The position numbers and the translations under genes were made by a program. This document shows, piece by piece, positions 1-8,746 of a stretch of DNA of 32,043 nt (positions are counted from its first letter, which is position 1; the number at the start of each line of letters is the position of its first letter). The stretch spans positions 1-32,043 of IMG/VR virus record IMGVR_UViG_3300049167_000085. One strand, 5' to 3'. The notes under the pieces were generated by a model that had not been told where the DNA came from, searched no databases, and saw only the letters and a program-made list of their open reading frames with translations. Origin of the DNA: a virus (taxonomy: Duplodnaviria; Caudoviricetes).

Positions 1-2
1 CA

Positions 3-302
3 GTGGCACCACCACCCGAACCCCCACCGCCACCGCAGACCCCGGACTACGTCGCCTTGTGCGTCGAATCCGCCCACACCTACGTCGAGACCATCGAGAT
101 GCAGGTCGCCGAAGACCACGGCACCGCCGACGGCCCCCACGACATGGCTTACGTGTACGGGGAGGATTCGCCGGAGTACGCCGCCGCCCAGCGGGTCGAT
201 GAACTCGCGCGCAGCCTCCCGTCGTTGCACGGCGAGGAGTTGGAAGCTGCGCGGGAGCAGATTGACGCCGAGATCGAGGATGCGTGCTCTGCGGCGCGGT
301 GA
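3..302 (+). CDS. Hypothetical protein, probably 5'-truncated (Pro-rich linker then acidic helical domain; possibly secreted or lipoprotein)
   Basis: Open frame from the window edge, GC3-rich codons, two Cys, stop at 300-302. Confidence 0.55.
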   Translation: MAPPPEPPPPPQTPDYVALCVESAHTYVETIEMQVAEDHGTADGPHDMAYVYGEDSPEYAAAQRVDELARSLPSLHGEELEAAREQIDAEIEDACSAAR

Positions 303-342
303 ATCACCTGCGCGCGTCGGCCCGGCGCGGCACCATGGGGGC

Positions 343-513
343 ATGAGCGATGTGCGGCTGGTGGGCGGCCCCTACGACGGGACCGTGCTGGAGGACATGG
401 GTGGCGACGGCGCGTGGATGATCGTGGACGGCGACGACCGCCGTGCCGCCTACGACCCCACCGACGACCCCGGGGTGTGGGAGTACAAAGGGATGCTGCC
501 GCCATGGACCTGA
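343..513 (+). CDS. Small hypothetical protein (56 aa, LVGGPYDG motif)
   Basis: ATG at 343 lies 6 nt after a CACCAT -10-like hexamer (possible leaderless start); GGPxDG...Y...WxYxG pattern seen in small actinobacterial proteins. Confidence 0.6.
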   Translation: MSDVRLVGGPYDGTVLEDMGGDGAWMIVDGDDRRAAYDPTDDPGVWEYKGMLPPWT

Positions 514-659
514 CCGACGACCTCGACGATGAGTGGTTCGCCTGGTTCCGGGAGCAGATGGGCATCCACGAGGAAGACCTGCCGCCGATGACGCCGGCCG
601 CGCGCGAGCAGGCCATGGCCGCGTACACGGACCGCAAAGACCGCGCCAACGAGCGCTGA
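504..659 (+). CDS. Small acidic hypothetical protein (51 aa)
   Basis: ATG 504 overlaps the end of the previous ORF; protein-like composition MDLTDDLDDEWFAWFREQMG... Confidence 0.5.
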   Translation: MDLTDDLDDEWFAWFREQMGIHEEDLPPMTPAAREQAMAAYTDRKDRANER

Positions 660-688
660 GGCGGCTCTGAGGCGGGCAGCGGCCCCGG

Positions 689-1648
689 GTGGAACCGATG
701 CTCGCGCGCGCCGTCGACCAGTTTCCCGAGGGGCCTGACCTCGTGTGGGAACCCAAGTGGGACGGGTTCAGGGCGCTCGCTCACCGGGACGGCCGGACCG
801 CGCTCACGAGCAAGTCCGGCAGCCGGATGGACGCGAGGTGGCCCGAGCTGCACGACGCCGTCCGCGACAGCATCCCCGAGGGCACCGTGCTGGACGGCGA
901 GATCGTCAGATGGTCGGACGGCAAGCTCGACTTCGACGCCCTGCTGCGCCGCAACGGGAGCTCGGGCAAAAACGCCCGCCGGCTCGCGGCCGAGGAACCC
1001 TGCCACCTCATCGTCTTCGACCTGCTCAGGCTCGACGGCCGCGACCTCACACGGCACCCCCTCGCCTCCCGCCGCGCCCAACTCGAAGAGCTGTGGCTCG
1101 ACGTGTCGAACCCGCACTTGATGCTGGGCTGGCAGACGAACAGCCGCGACGTCGCTCAGCAGTGGTTCGAGGAGATGTCGGCCGTCGGGGTGGAGGGCCT
1201 GGTGGCCAAGGACACGCGACGCTCCTACCGCCCAGGCCGGCGTGACTGGCTCAAGTACAAGCACCGGGTCACAACCGAAGCCATCATCGGCGGCACCATC
1301 GGCCCACCGGAGCACCCGCGTGCGCTGATCCTCGGGCGCCGCGACCCCGACACCGGGGAGCTGCGGGTCGCTGGCCGCACCACGGACCTTTCCCCCCGGC
1401 TCCAGGTCGAGCTGGAGGATCTGCTGCACGCGTCCGGCGCTGACCACCCGTGGGGGCCAACCCTCGCCCCGAGGTGGGGCGAGCGGGAGCGGATCCACTA
1501 CGTTCGGGTGCGGCCCGAGGTCGTCGTGGAGATCCAGCCGGACACGGCCACGGTCGCCGGGCGGTGGCGTCACCCGGTCCGCGCGGTCCGGCCGAGAACG
1601 GACCTGAGGCCGCAGGACGTGCCGCTCGGACTGGACCTGGAGGCGTGA
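689..1648 (+). CDS. ATP-dependent DNA ligase, minimal LigC/LigD-ligase-like (NTase + OB domain)
   Basis: Motif I EPKWDGFR, III VLDGEIV, IIIa LIVFDLL, IV EGLVAK, V WLKYK, and OB-fold VVEI...GRWRHP. Confidence 0.93.
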   Translation: MEPMLARAVDQFPEGPDLVWEPKWDGFRALAHRDGRTALTSKSGSRMDARWPELHDAVRDSIPEGTVLDGEIVRWSDGKLDFDALLRRNGSSGKNARRLAAEEPCHLIVFDLLRLDGRDLTRHPLASRRAQLEELWLDVSNPHLMLGWQTNSRDVAQQWFEEMSAVGVEGLVAKDTRRSYRPGRRDWLKYKHRVTTEAIIGGTIGPPEHPRALILGRRDPDTGELRVAGRTTDLSPRLQVELEDLLHASGADHPWGPTLAPRWGERERIHYVRVRPEVVVEIQPDTATVAGRWRHPVRAVRPRTDLRPQDVPLGLDLEA

Positions 1649-2025
1649 TGCCGACCTGGCTGCCGCCGTACAACCCGTCCGACCGGTGGGCCCGACGCGC
1701 CGCTTCGTGGGCGGCTTCCCTGCTCCCGCTGGAGATCACCCGCGCCGTCCCCGAACTCTCCACCCGCCCCCGCGCGGCCGGCCGGGTCGCCTGGTACTGG
1801 GCCACCGCCACCCTCGCCGCCCGGGGCCGCGACCAGGAGACCCTGTCCATGTCCGCCGTCATCCCCTGCGGCGCGCTCGACGGGCTCCTCGGCGAGGACG
1901 ACATCGCGATGTTGCGGGCGCTCGAAGTGCCGCTCGACCGGGACACGCCCCCGAGCGAGCTGGAGCAGCGGCTCGAAGACCTCCGCAGGATCGGGCACCG
2001 GTTGCCGGTGAAGTTCCCTCAGTAG
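1648..2025 (+). CDS. Hypothetical protein (125 aa) translationally coupled to the ligase
   Basis: TGATG stop/start overlap at 1646-1650 with GGAGG upstream; GC3-rich frame. Confidence 0.7.
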   Translation: MPTWLPPYNPSDRWARRAASWAASLLPLEITRAVPELSTRPRAAGRVAWYWATATLAARGRDQETLSMSAVIPCGALDGLLGEDDIAMLRALEVPLDRDTPPSELEQRLEDLRRIGHRLPVKFPQ

Positions 2026-2090
2026 AACCCTGACCAGCGGAGGAGTTCGCAACTTCCCTGACAGGGGGCATCCCGATCGCCAGAATAGGA

Positions 2091-2121
2091 ACACCCCCGA
2101 CGCGGACAGACGCGGGGGCGC
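2091..2121 (-). terminator. Hairpin, possible intrinsic terminator
   Basis: ACACCCCCG...CGGGGGCG stem, followed on the minus strand by TCCTATTCT. Confidence 0.4.
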
Positions 2122-2140
2122 CTCACGAACAGGGACCAGC

Positions 2141-2620
2141 ATGCGCCTCCTCCACTATGCCGACGTCGTTCACCTCGCAGCCGTGGGGGTCGCCACGCTG
2201 ACAATCTGGCTCCCGCCTGGTCCGATGTCCATTGCGTCCTGCGGTCTGCTCGTTGCCGCGTCTCTCGCCGCGCATTTTCACCACATGCGGTTGTGCGAGT
2301 CCTGCATGGCTCTCACGCCGCTCGACGCCAGTGTTGCCGGGGAGCGGTATCGGCGCTCGTTCCGGGCCTTCCACTGGGCGGTAGACCACCGATGGTCGAT
2401 GGTCGCCGTTACGGCGCTGGCGGGCTTGCCGATGCTGTTTCCCCCGTCGTTCATTCCGGCCCCGCTGCTCCCCACCGGGGTGATCTTGGCTTCGCTGCCC
2501 CTGACCTGGGTCGCACGTCGGCATTCTCGACTGCTGCCGTGGTGCCCCTTCTGTCGTGGGGGAGGTGGGCGCCGCGAGGTGTCGCCGATCCTGCCCCCGT
2601 CGCCGTCGCCGACATCCTGA
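2141..2620 (+). CDS. Multi-pass membrane protein with two His/Cys clusters (HHMRLCESC, HSRLLPWCPFC)
   Basis: About four hydrophobic segments; a His...CxxC motif follows each pair of segments; AGGGA RBS. Confidence 0.75.
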   Translation: MRLLHYADVVHLAAVGVATLTIWLPPGPMSIASCGLLVAASLAAHFHHMRLCESCMALTPLDASVAGERYRRSFRAFHWAVDHRWSMVAVTALAGLPMLFPPSFIPAPLLPTGVILASLPLTWVARRHSRLLPWCPFCRGGGGRREVSPILPPSPSPTS

Positions 2621-2629
2621 GGCGACGAC

Positions 2630-2682
2630 TGTACACCGGGGGTTTACATCAAGCGGTGCATGCTGCACACTGGGGGTATGCA
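2630..2682 (+). promoter_or_regulatory. SigA/HrdB-type promoter with two 19-bp operator-like palindromes; leaderless start at 2678
   Basis: -35 TTTACA 2643-2648, 17-nt spacer, -10 CACACT 2666-2671, ATG 6 nt later; boxes TGTACAC-CGGGG-GTTTACA (2630-2648) and TGCACAC-TGGGG-GTATGCA (2664-2682). Confidence 0.7.
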
Positions 2683-3160
2683 GATGACGCGCGAAGTCCA
2701 CTACCGCTGGCACCGCAACGACATCCCCACCCTTACCCCCGACAACGCCTACTCCGCCCCCTGGGGTGTCACCTTCGCCGCCGACGGCACCACCTACACC
2801 TGCGTCACCTGCGACGGAACCGGCCACGACACCACCGACCCCGCCTGCGGCCACTGCCACGGCGACGGATGCGCGGCCTGCGACCACACCGGACACGACA
2901 CCGCCTGCGGCACCTGCGACGGCCAAGGGGTCATCGACTGCGAGCGCGGCTACTCCGCCTGCGACAGCCCCGCCGAACTCATCAACTACTTCGCCGACCG
3001 TCTCGACCCCGGCACCCTCGACCGCGACGGCACGGTCGTCGTCTTCGAGGGCGAGTACGTCGGCGACGGCCTCGACGACGAACCCCTCATCGTCCCCACC
3101 CGCACCGTCGCCACGATGAGCTGGACCGAGTTCGTCCGCGAGTACGGAGACGACCAGTGA
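2678..3160 (+). CDS. DnaJ-type zinc-finger protein, possibly an ADP-ribosyltransferase-like fold with a Zn-finger insertion (160 aa)
   Basis: Four CxxCxGxG-like repeats (CVTCDGTG, CGHCHGDG, CAACDHTG, CGTCDGQG) between HYRWH and GYSAC...VVVF...DEPLIVP. Confidence 0.75.
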   Translation: MQMTREVHYRWHRNDIPTLTPDNAYSAPWGVTFAADGTTYTCVTCDGTGHDTTDPACGHCHGDGCAACDHTGHDTACGTCDGQGVIDCERGYSACDSPAELINYFADRLDPGTLDRDGTVVVFEGEYVGDGLDDEPLIVPTRTVATMSWTEFVREYGDDQ

Positions 3161-3360
3161 CCGACCTCCTCGCCGCCTACCGGGCCGCCACCGCCGAACA
3201 GGCTGAACTCCAGCAGCGGGTCGACGCCCTCGGCGTCGAACGCGCCCGCCTCCTCGCTGAACTCAAAGCCGCCGGGGCGTCCTATCAGGACATCGCCGCC
3301 CAGATCGGCACCTCACGCGGCCTCGTGCAGAAACTCATCGCACGCCACCAGGGCAAATAG
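3157..3360 (+). CDS. Small helix-turn-helix DNA-binding protein (67 aa)
   Basis: GTGA overlap with the upstream gene; coiled N-terminus then ASYQDIAAQIGTSRGLVQKLI HTH. Confidence 0.85.
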   Translation: MTDLLAAYRAATAEQAELQQRVDALGVERARLLAELKAAGASYQDIAAQIGTSRGLVQKLIARHQGK

Positions 3361-3365
3361 AAGAG

Positions 3366-3395
3366 CGCCCCGCCCTCCGTGAGGAGGACGGGGCG
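3366..3395 (-). terminator. Intrinsic terminator between the convergent late operon and the HTH operon
   Basis: 13-bp stem CGCCCCGTCCTCC-TCAC-GGAGGGCGGGGCG on the minus strand (one G-U pair) followed by CTCTTCTATTT. Confidence 0.75.
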
Positions 3396-3469
3396 GAGGG
3401 GCTGAACCCCGGGGGAAGAAACCACCGTAACCCGGGGCGCGGGCGGAGGCTAGAGGTGGCCGAGGGCGG

Positions 3470-6400
3470 TCATGCGACGGTCAGGTGCGAGAACCCGCCC
3501 TGCATGTTCCGGACCCCAACACCGATGTAGCCAGACGTGTGGGTGGTGTCGTTGACGCTGAACGTCGCCCCCGTATCCAACCTGGTGCACGCGATCGAGG
3601 TGGATCCGACGACGACCCGCACCCGGATGCCGTGGGTCCCCGTCGTGATCGCCGTGGACGCCTGCGAGCCCAGCGAGGTCTTCGTCGGCGAGGAGATCGA
3701 CCCGGTCACCCGGTACAGCTCCAGCGTCCCGTTCGTACGCAGCAACAGGTTGTAGCAGTTCACGCTACGCGTGTCGTCGTTATAGCCCAGGTCATCAGCC
3801 ATGCAGAACTGGAGCTGCGCGCTCGACGTCGTGTGCGTGAAGTGGATGAAGTCCATCGTGCACTCGATCGTGTAGCTCGGCGACCTCGACGCCACCGGCC
3901 CCACCTGCCCGACCACCACGCCGCCGTAGTTTCCGCTGGTGCCCGCGTTGTACCGGTCGAGGATCACCCCCTGCGTCAACCCCGTCGTGTGCCCCGACCA
4001 GTCCAGCCCCGACAGCGACATCCGCTTCGACGTCGCCGCATAGGTGTCCTGGCTGGTTCCATCACCGCTCACCAGGAACGTGCCGCTGGACTGGTTGGCC
4101 GTGACGAACGCCAACTTCGGGCCTGTCCCCGTGTACGTGCGGGTCGCCGTGGTGAAGTAGCTCAGCGGCTTCGCGTTCGGCGGCAAGTTGAAGATCGACG
4201 CGCTGGACGCGTTGGCTGCGGACAGGTTCGCGCCGTCCGACTGCACCTCGCCCTTGAGGACGACCCGGCCGTCGAGCCGCCGCCACTGGCACGGGTCGGT
4301 CGCCGTGAACCCGGTGTTCGGGTACATCGCAACCCACTCGCTGGTGGGGCCACCGTTGGGCACCATCTGCCCCCGGTACTGGTCGACGGCGTTGAACGTC
4401 ATGCCGTTGTCCCAGTTGCCGGTCGCCAGCGCGATCCGGCCCCGCGACCAGGACGTGGACACATACGCCGGGTCGTCGCTGATGATGCTGACCTGCGGGA
4501 CGGCGGCGCGCAGTGTCGCCACGTCGGTCCGCGTCTGCATGTCCAGGATCGCGCTGGAGGAGTTCGGGCGGGTCCCGTACACCAGCAGACGCATCCCCGC
4601 GTTCACCGCGGCCTGCATCCGCGCGAGCGTGGCGTCCGACCTCATGCCGTAGCAGGAGAACCCCTCCGCCTGGAGGGTGGCCGGCGCCGTCGCACCCGCC
4701 GTCTCCAGGTAGCCGCCTGGGATTCCCGCTGCGATCGCGGGAGCCACACATTCTTTCTGGAACCCCTGGACGATCACCCTCTCCTGCATCCCGAACTTGG
4801 CCACCTCGGCCACGATCGCGTTTCCGAGCGCCGTGCGCTGCGCGGTCGTGGACGCCCCGTCGATCTTGGCCTCGATCAACCAGCACACCGGGGACGACGC
4901 GTACCGGCGGAACATGTCCTCCAACGTGGGGATCGGGTATTCGTCCAGGTTGGAGAACCCGAAGAGCCAGGGCTTGACCGTCAGCCCGCGCACGGCGGGC
5001 AGGCTCAGCCCGGCCAGCGGGACGTCCACCCCGGTGGTCTTGAGGCAGCTCAGGTCGTGCTGGAGGACGAGGGCGCCGTCCGCGGTGAGCTGGACGTCGA
5101 TCTCCAGAAGCTGGAGCCCTTGGTCGATGGCGTTGTCGAACGCCAGATACGAGTTCTCGGGCGCCAAGTTCCCGCCGCCGCGGTGCGGGATCACCTGCGG
5201 CCACGACAGGTCGCTGATCCGCAGGATGTTCGCCGCGGACTCGCCCGGCTCGCCCTGCGGGCCCTGCGGCCCGACCAGGGATGTACCCGACGTCGGCCAG
5301 GTGGTGGCGGTCGCCGAGGTCTTCGGGCCGAAGATGGTGGACGTCGAGGTGTTGATGTAGAAGTCCCCGACCGCCCCGGACACCGCCCCGTTCGGGTTCG
5401 TTGCCCCCGACAGGACGGTCCGCCCCGGAGTGCCCGCGACACCCTGGATGCCCTGCGGACCCTGCTCCCCCTGGATGCCCTGCTCGCCTTGCGGGCCCTG
5501 CTCGCCGGTCAGACCCTGTGGGCCTTGCGGTCCTTCGGGGCCTTCAGGTCCGGTGATCGCCGACAGCGGCACCAGGTTCAGCCATGTGGCGTCGCCGGCG
5601 TAGCGCCACTGGATGTGCGTCGCCGTCTGCTGCAGCTGCACCTCCCGCCCGTCCTCGCCCGGGATCCCAGGGTCGCCCTGAGGACCTGCGGGCCCGGCGG
5701 GGCCTTGGATGGTGCCGACGTTCTCCCACGCCGAACCTGTCCACACGTAGAGGTCGCCGCCGATCAGGTAGGCGTCGCCCTCCGCGCCGGTCGGCGGCAG
5801 ATCAGCGGGGTCGGGCAGCGACCCGATGATGGACACACCGGTCCCGTCCGCGCCGGCCGGACCCTGCTCACCCTGAGGCCCTTGGGGGCCGACGAGGGAG
5901 GCGAGCCACTGCACCTCGGTTCCGCCGTATCCGTTGGCGACGGCCACCTCGTAGGCCGACAGCCCGTCCTCGCCATCGGCGCCCGGCGCCCCGTCGGAGC
6001 CGTCGACTCCTGGAGTCCCGGGGTTGCCCTGCGGCCCCTGCACGCCTTGCGGGCCTTCGGCTCCCTGCGGGCCGGCCGGTCCGACGAGGGACGCCAGCCA
6101 CTCCTCCTCCGTGCCGGTGAACCCCTCGGACACGGCGACCTCGTAGGCGCTGGGGCCGGGGGGTCCCGGGGTTCCGCCGGTTCCCGCGGGGAGCTGGGAG
6201 GTGGGGACGAGTCCGTCGGGGCCGAGTTCCGCGACGCCGCCGGGGGCGCCGACGGCGGAGGTGGGCACCGCGGCCACGTCGAGCGCCTGGAGGACGACGA
6301 CGCCGGTCTGGCCGTTGACGGACGACACCGCGCCGGTACCGACCGGCAGCGTCACGTGCCCGGTCATCCCATTCACGGAGTACACGTAGCTGTGGCCTGG

Positions 6401-6754
6401 TTCCGGGCACGTCGCGGGCGGGGCGTAGTCGGTGAGATCCACCGGTCCGCCCTCGGCGGGCGCCGAGAATTCGAACTCGTAGCTGGTCGCGCCTGGGACG
6501 ATCACCACGGCCCGGTAGCGGAACGGGTTCGGCACCAGGTCCGGGTCGTCCGTCGCCGGCACCACCCCGGCGACCGCCCCCGTGGCGTCCATGGTGAGCA
6601 CGATGGGTGAGGACAGGATGACGGTGTCCTCGCCCGGCGACACCAGGCGGGGCGGGCACGGCCATATCTCCACCCGGCCTTGGGCGGGGGTGCCGTCCGC
6701 CAGCACCCAGCGGCCGGACACCGCCACGGTGTCGACGTCAGACGGCAACGCCAC
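3470..6754 (-). CDS. Collagen-like tail fibre/appendage with a glycerophosphodiester phosphodiesterase (GDPD) domain and C-terminal beta-sandwich domains (1094 aa)
   Basis: GTG 6754 just after the holin stop; N-terminal phage attachment-like domain, VxSVNG repeats, Gly-X-Y runs with SAYE...EWLASL knots; GDPD motifs [27 protein letters not shown] at ~5200-4470. Confidence 0.88.
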   Translation of the reverse strand: MALPSDVDTVAVSGRWVLADGTPAQGRVEIWPCPPRLVSPGEDTVILSSPIVLTMDATGAVAGVVPATDDPDLVPNPFRYRAVVIVPGATSYEFEFSAPAEGGPVDLTDYAPPATCPEPGHSYVYSVNGMTGHVTLPVGTGAVSSVNGQTGVVVLQALDVAAVPTSAVGAPGGVAELGPDGLVPTSQLPAGTGGTPGPPGPSAYEVAVSEGFTGTEEEWLASLVGPAGPQGAEGPQGVQGPQGNPGTPGVDGSDGAPGADGEDGLSAYEVAVANGYGGTEVQWLASLVGPQGPQGEQGPAGADGTGVSIIGSLPDPADLPPTGAEGDAYLIGGDLYVWTGSAWENVGTIQGPAGPAGPQGDPGIPGEDGREVQLQQTATHIQWRYAGDATWLNLVPLSAITGPEGPEGPQGPQGLTGEQGPQGEQGIQGEQGPQGIQGVAGTPGRTVLSGATNPNGAVSGAVGDFYINTSTSTIFGPKTSATATTWPTSGTSLVGPQGPQGEPGESAANILRISDLSWPQVIPHRGGGNLAPENSYLAFDNAIDQGLQLLEIDVQLTADGALVLQHDLSCLKTTGVDVPLAGLSLPAVRGLTVKPWLFGFSNLDEYPIPTLEDMFRRYASSPVCWLIEAKIDGASTTAQRTALGNAIVAEVAKFGMQERVIVQGFQKECVAPAIAAGIPGGYLETAGATAPATLQAEGFSCYGMRSDATLARMQAAVNAGMRLLVYGTRPNSSSAILDMQTRTDVATLRAAVPQVSIISDDPAYVSTSWSRGRIALATGNWDNGMTFNAVDQYRGQMVPNGGPTSEWVAMYPNTGFTATDPCQWRRLDGRVVLKGEVQSDGANLSAANASSASIFNLPPNAKPLSYFTTATRTYTGTGPKLAFVTANQSSGTFLVSGDGTSQDTYAATSKRMSLSGLDWSGHTTGLTQGVILDRYNAGTSGNYGGVVVGQVGPVASRSPSYTIECTMDFIHFTHTTSSAQLQFCMADDLGYNDDTRSVNCYNLLLRTNGTLELYRVTGSISSPTKTSLGSQASTAITTGTHGIRVRVVVGSTSIACTRLDTGATFSVNDTTHTSGYIGVGVRNMQGGFSHLTVA

Positions 6755-6755
6755 C

Positions 6756-7007
6756 TCAGACCCCCTGCTGGGTCGTCTCGCGCGGGGTGTGCGGCGCGGC
6801 GTACCCGCCGAGGAACGTCGCGATCGGAGGCAGAGCAGCCATGAGGACGAACGCCACTGGGGCGGACAGCGGACCGAACGCGCCGGGCTCGGCGAGGAAC
6901 GCGGTGATGACGGACAGCGCGACGGACGCGAACAGCGACACGAGCGTGGCTGAGGTGACCTTCGTTTCGACCATGAGGTCGTACTCCCTTGGTGCTCGGT
7001 GGACCAT
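6756..7007 (-). CDS. Holin (actinobacterial two-TM type; alternative start at 6974)
   Basis: VETKV...two hydrophobic helices...TFLGGYAAPHTPR; directly after the endolysin; AGGAGG RBS. Confidence 0.8.
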   Translation of the reverse strand: MVHRAPREYDLMVETKVTSATLVSLFASVALSVITAFLAEPGAFGPLSAPVAFVLMAALPPIATFLGGYAAPHTPRETTQQGV

Positions 7008-7027
7008 GGTGGTCCTCCTGACATGCG

Positions 7028-7048
7028 AAAACCCCGCACACGGCGGGG
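7028..7048 (-). terminator. Terminator-like hairpin between endolysin and holin
   Basis: CCCCGC-CGTGT-GCGGGG followed by TTTT on the minus strand. Confidence 0.6.
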
Positions 7049-7078
7049 CAATGATCGATCTCTGGTTGAGAGTTCGGG

Positions 7079-7873
7079 CTACTTGGCCTGGTTCTTCACG
7101 AACGCCTGCATGATCTGCGCGGCAGCCCACCCGGTGATCCGGTCACCGAAGTCCTGCTCCGACCCCTCGGAGCGGCGCACCGCGATGACGGCCTTCTCGA
7201 CCTCGTCGCCGTAGTCCCCGTCCGCCCCGTACTTGGGGAGCTTCCCGCCGGCGCCCATGAGGATCACCTGCAGGTACTTGACCCGCTCGCCCTTGTCGCC
7301 CTTACTCAGCCCGACCATGTCGTCGTCTCCCATGCTCGTCGCGTTGCCGTTGAGGTAGTCGGTCACGTCCTCGCGGAACGCGCCCATGTCGAACGTCGGG
7401 TCGTTCTTGGCCCGGTTGACCTCCTTGTGCCCCTTCACCCGAGACACCGGCAGGTCGAACTCCCGGCACAGCTCGCCCACCAGCGCGGCGTAGGCCAGCT
7501 TCTGCACCTGCGGCCACGGGTCGTTCGAAGCCCCCGAGTTCTCCGCCTCGATGCCGATCGACCGCGAGTTGGTGTGGTAGCTGCTGGTCGACGGGGCGTT
7601 GTGGTTGCACCGTCCGGCCGCGATCACGTAGATCGTCCCCGACCGTCCCAGCCCGAAGTGCGACAGCGGTCCGGGCAGGCCGGAGTAGCCGTTCTTCACG
7701 ACGTTCAGCGTCGGGTAGTCACCCTTCGCAGACTTGGGTGTCGCGGTGTGGTGGCACACGATGCCGTCCACCTCGGCTTGGGCTTCACGGCCGCGGGACT
7801 GCCATCCGGACACCTCCACCACGGGATAGCCAGTGCGCCGAGCGACCTCGGCGAGCTGTTTCAGCCAGGGCAT
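7079..7873 (-). CDS. Endolysin: N-acetylmuramoyl-L-alanine amidase (Amidase_2) with a C-terminal peptidoglycan-binding domain
   Basis: Zn/catalytic motifs CHHTA, GIEAEN, GHKE..KNDP; [14 protein letters not shown]...ADGDYG PG-binding motif; AAGGAG RBS. Confidence 0.93.
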   Translation of the reverse strand: MPWLKQLAEVARRTGYPVVEVSGWQSRGREAQAEVDGIVCHHTATPKSAKGDYPTLNVVKNGYSGLPGPLSHFGLGRSGTIYVIAAGRCNHNAPSTSSYHTNSRSIGIEAENSGASNDPWPQVQKLAYAALVGELCREFDLPVSRVKGHKEVNRAKNDPTFDMGAFREDVTDYLNGNATSMGDDDMVGLSKGDKGERVKYLQVILMGAGGKLPKYGADGDYGDEVEKAVIAVRRSEGSEQDFGDRITGWAAAQIMQAFVKNQAK

Positions 7874-7889
7874 GTTGGACTCCTTCGGT

Positions 7890-8396
7890 TCAGGGGGTCG
7901 GTGCGGGTCCGCCAGCGGGCCCGGGTGGCCCGGAGGGGCCAGGAGGGCCAGGTGGTCCTTGGGGTCCGGGCGGCCCCTGCGGGCCAGCGGGTCCGGTTTC
8001 GCCTTGCGGCCCTTGAGGGCCAGCGGGACCTTCAGGTCCGGCGGGCCCTTCCGGGCCGGGTTGGCCGTCGGCGCCGTCCTCGCCGGCCGGGCCGCGGCCG
8101 CCGTCCGACCCGTCGCGGCCGTCCGATCCCGGGGCGCCAGGAGGCCCCGACGGACCGGGGGGCCCTTGGAGTGGCGGCGGCGCCGGCGTGGCGACCGGGG
8201 TACCCCCAAGCTCGTGCACCTGCTGAGACAGCGCTTCGGCGTCCCCACGAAGCTGGGCAACCTGATCAGCCTGAACCTGCACCAAATGCGTGACGATGAC
8301 GAAGCCAGCGAACACGCCCGCGAACCAGGCGATCCCACGCACCGTGTGGGCGCCGAGCTGGACACGGGGTAGCCAGCGCAGAAGTCGAAGCTTCAC
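7890..8396 (-). CDS. Membrane-anchored collagen-like protein of the lysis cassette (168 aa)
   Basis: N-terminal TM, short coiled coil, GGTPV motif, then a continuous Gly-X-Y run nearly to the C-terminus; GTGA overlap. Confidence 0.8.
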   Translation of the reverse strand: MKLRLLRWLPRVQLGAHTVRGIAWFAGVFAGFVIVTHLVQVQADQVAQLRGDAEALSQQVHELGGTPVATPAPPPLQGPPGPSGPPGAPGSDGRDGSDGGRGPAGEDGADGQPGPEGPAGPEGPAGPQGPQGETGPAGPQGPPGPQGPPGPPGPSGPPGPAGGPAPTP

Positions 8397-8746
8397 GAAC
8401 CCACCCCCATGAGCGGAGCGAGGTAGGACTGCACCAGTCCGGCGATCGGAACCGCCACGATCCCGAGCCACCATCTGCGGTCCAGAACGCGCTGCTTGGC
8501 CTCCGCCTTCAGCTCCTCGCGCAGCCCCGCGACGGCGCCCTCCTGCTCTTTGCGGCCAGCGACCAGCTCCGCTTTAAGCTCGGCGGACTCGGACCGCAGA
8601 GCCGCGATCTCCAGGGTGTAGACCTGCATCGGGACCATCTGGGCGCGAGACTCGGCGAGTTCCCGGCGGAGGTCCTTCTGGCCCTCCTCGATGCGGGCGA
8701 GTACTCGGTGGAGTTCACCGATGGTCATGTCCTCGGCCACACTCAC
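8393..8746 (-). CDS. Coiled-coil protein with a C-terminal TM helix (lysis-cassette membrane protein, 117 aa)
   Basis: Heptad-rich region then [16 protein letters not shown]; GTGA overlaps at both ends; AGGAGG RBS. Confidence 0.8.
   Translation of the reverse strand: MSVAEDMTIGELHRVLARIEEGQKDLRRELAESRAQMVPMQVYTLEIAALRSESAELKAELVAGRKEQEGAVAGLREELKAEAKQRVLDRRWWLGIVAVPIAGLVQSYLAPLMGVGS

Noticed and set aside
300-700. LexA/SOS box upstream of the ligase cluster
   Set aside because: No TCGAAC-N4-GTTCGA-like palindrome found by eye
2026-2075. CCCTGACCAGCGG as a possible integrase arm site or att boundary
   Set aside because: Single copy; no tRNA fragment, integrase or matching direct repeat in the window
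2678-3160. Annotation as a DnaJ chaperone
   Set aside because: No J-domain or HPD motif and no DnaJ C-terminal domain; only the Cys-rich finger is shared
3470-5830. Diversity-generating retroelement target (fibre has Mtd-like knot motifs)
   Set aside because: No reverse transcriptase and no template/variable repeat pair differing at adenines seen in the window
5240-6180. Tandem 9/18-bp-like repeats suggesting a repeat array
   Set aside because: Explained by Gly-X-Y collagen coding; no constant repeat with unique spacers, so not CRISPR
3485-6610. 1041-aa plus-strand ORF and other long antisense ORFs (e.g. 15239-17371, 23659-25419, 149-1573)
   Set aside because: Shadow frames of GC3-rich genes; Arg/Pro/Gly-rich, no motifs or RBS, fully overlapping well-supported genes
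6755-7051. N-terminal 99 aa of the 1193-aa ORF-track call (also the extensions of 7079-8365 and 8393-9631)
   Set aside because: These overlap the holin or other real genes in another frame; true starts are at 6754, 7873 and 8746
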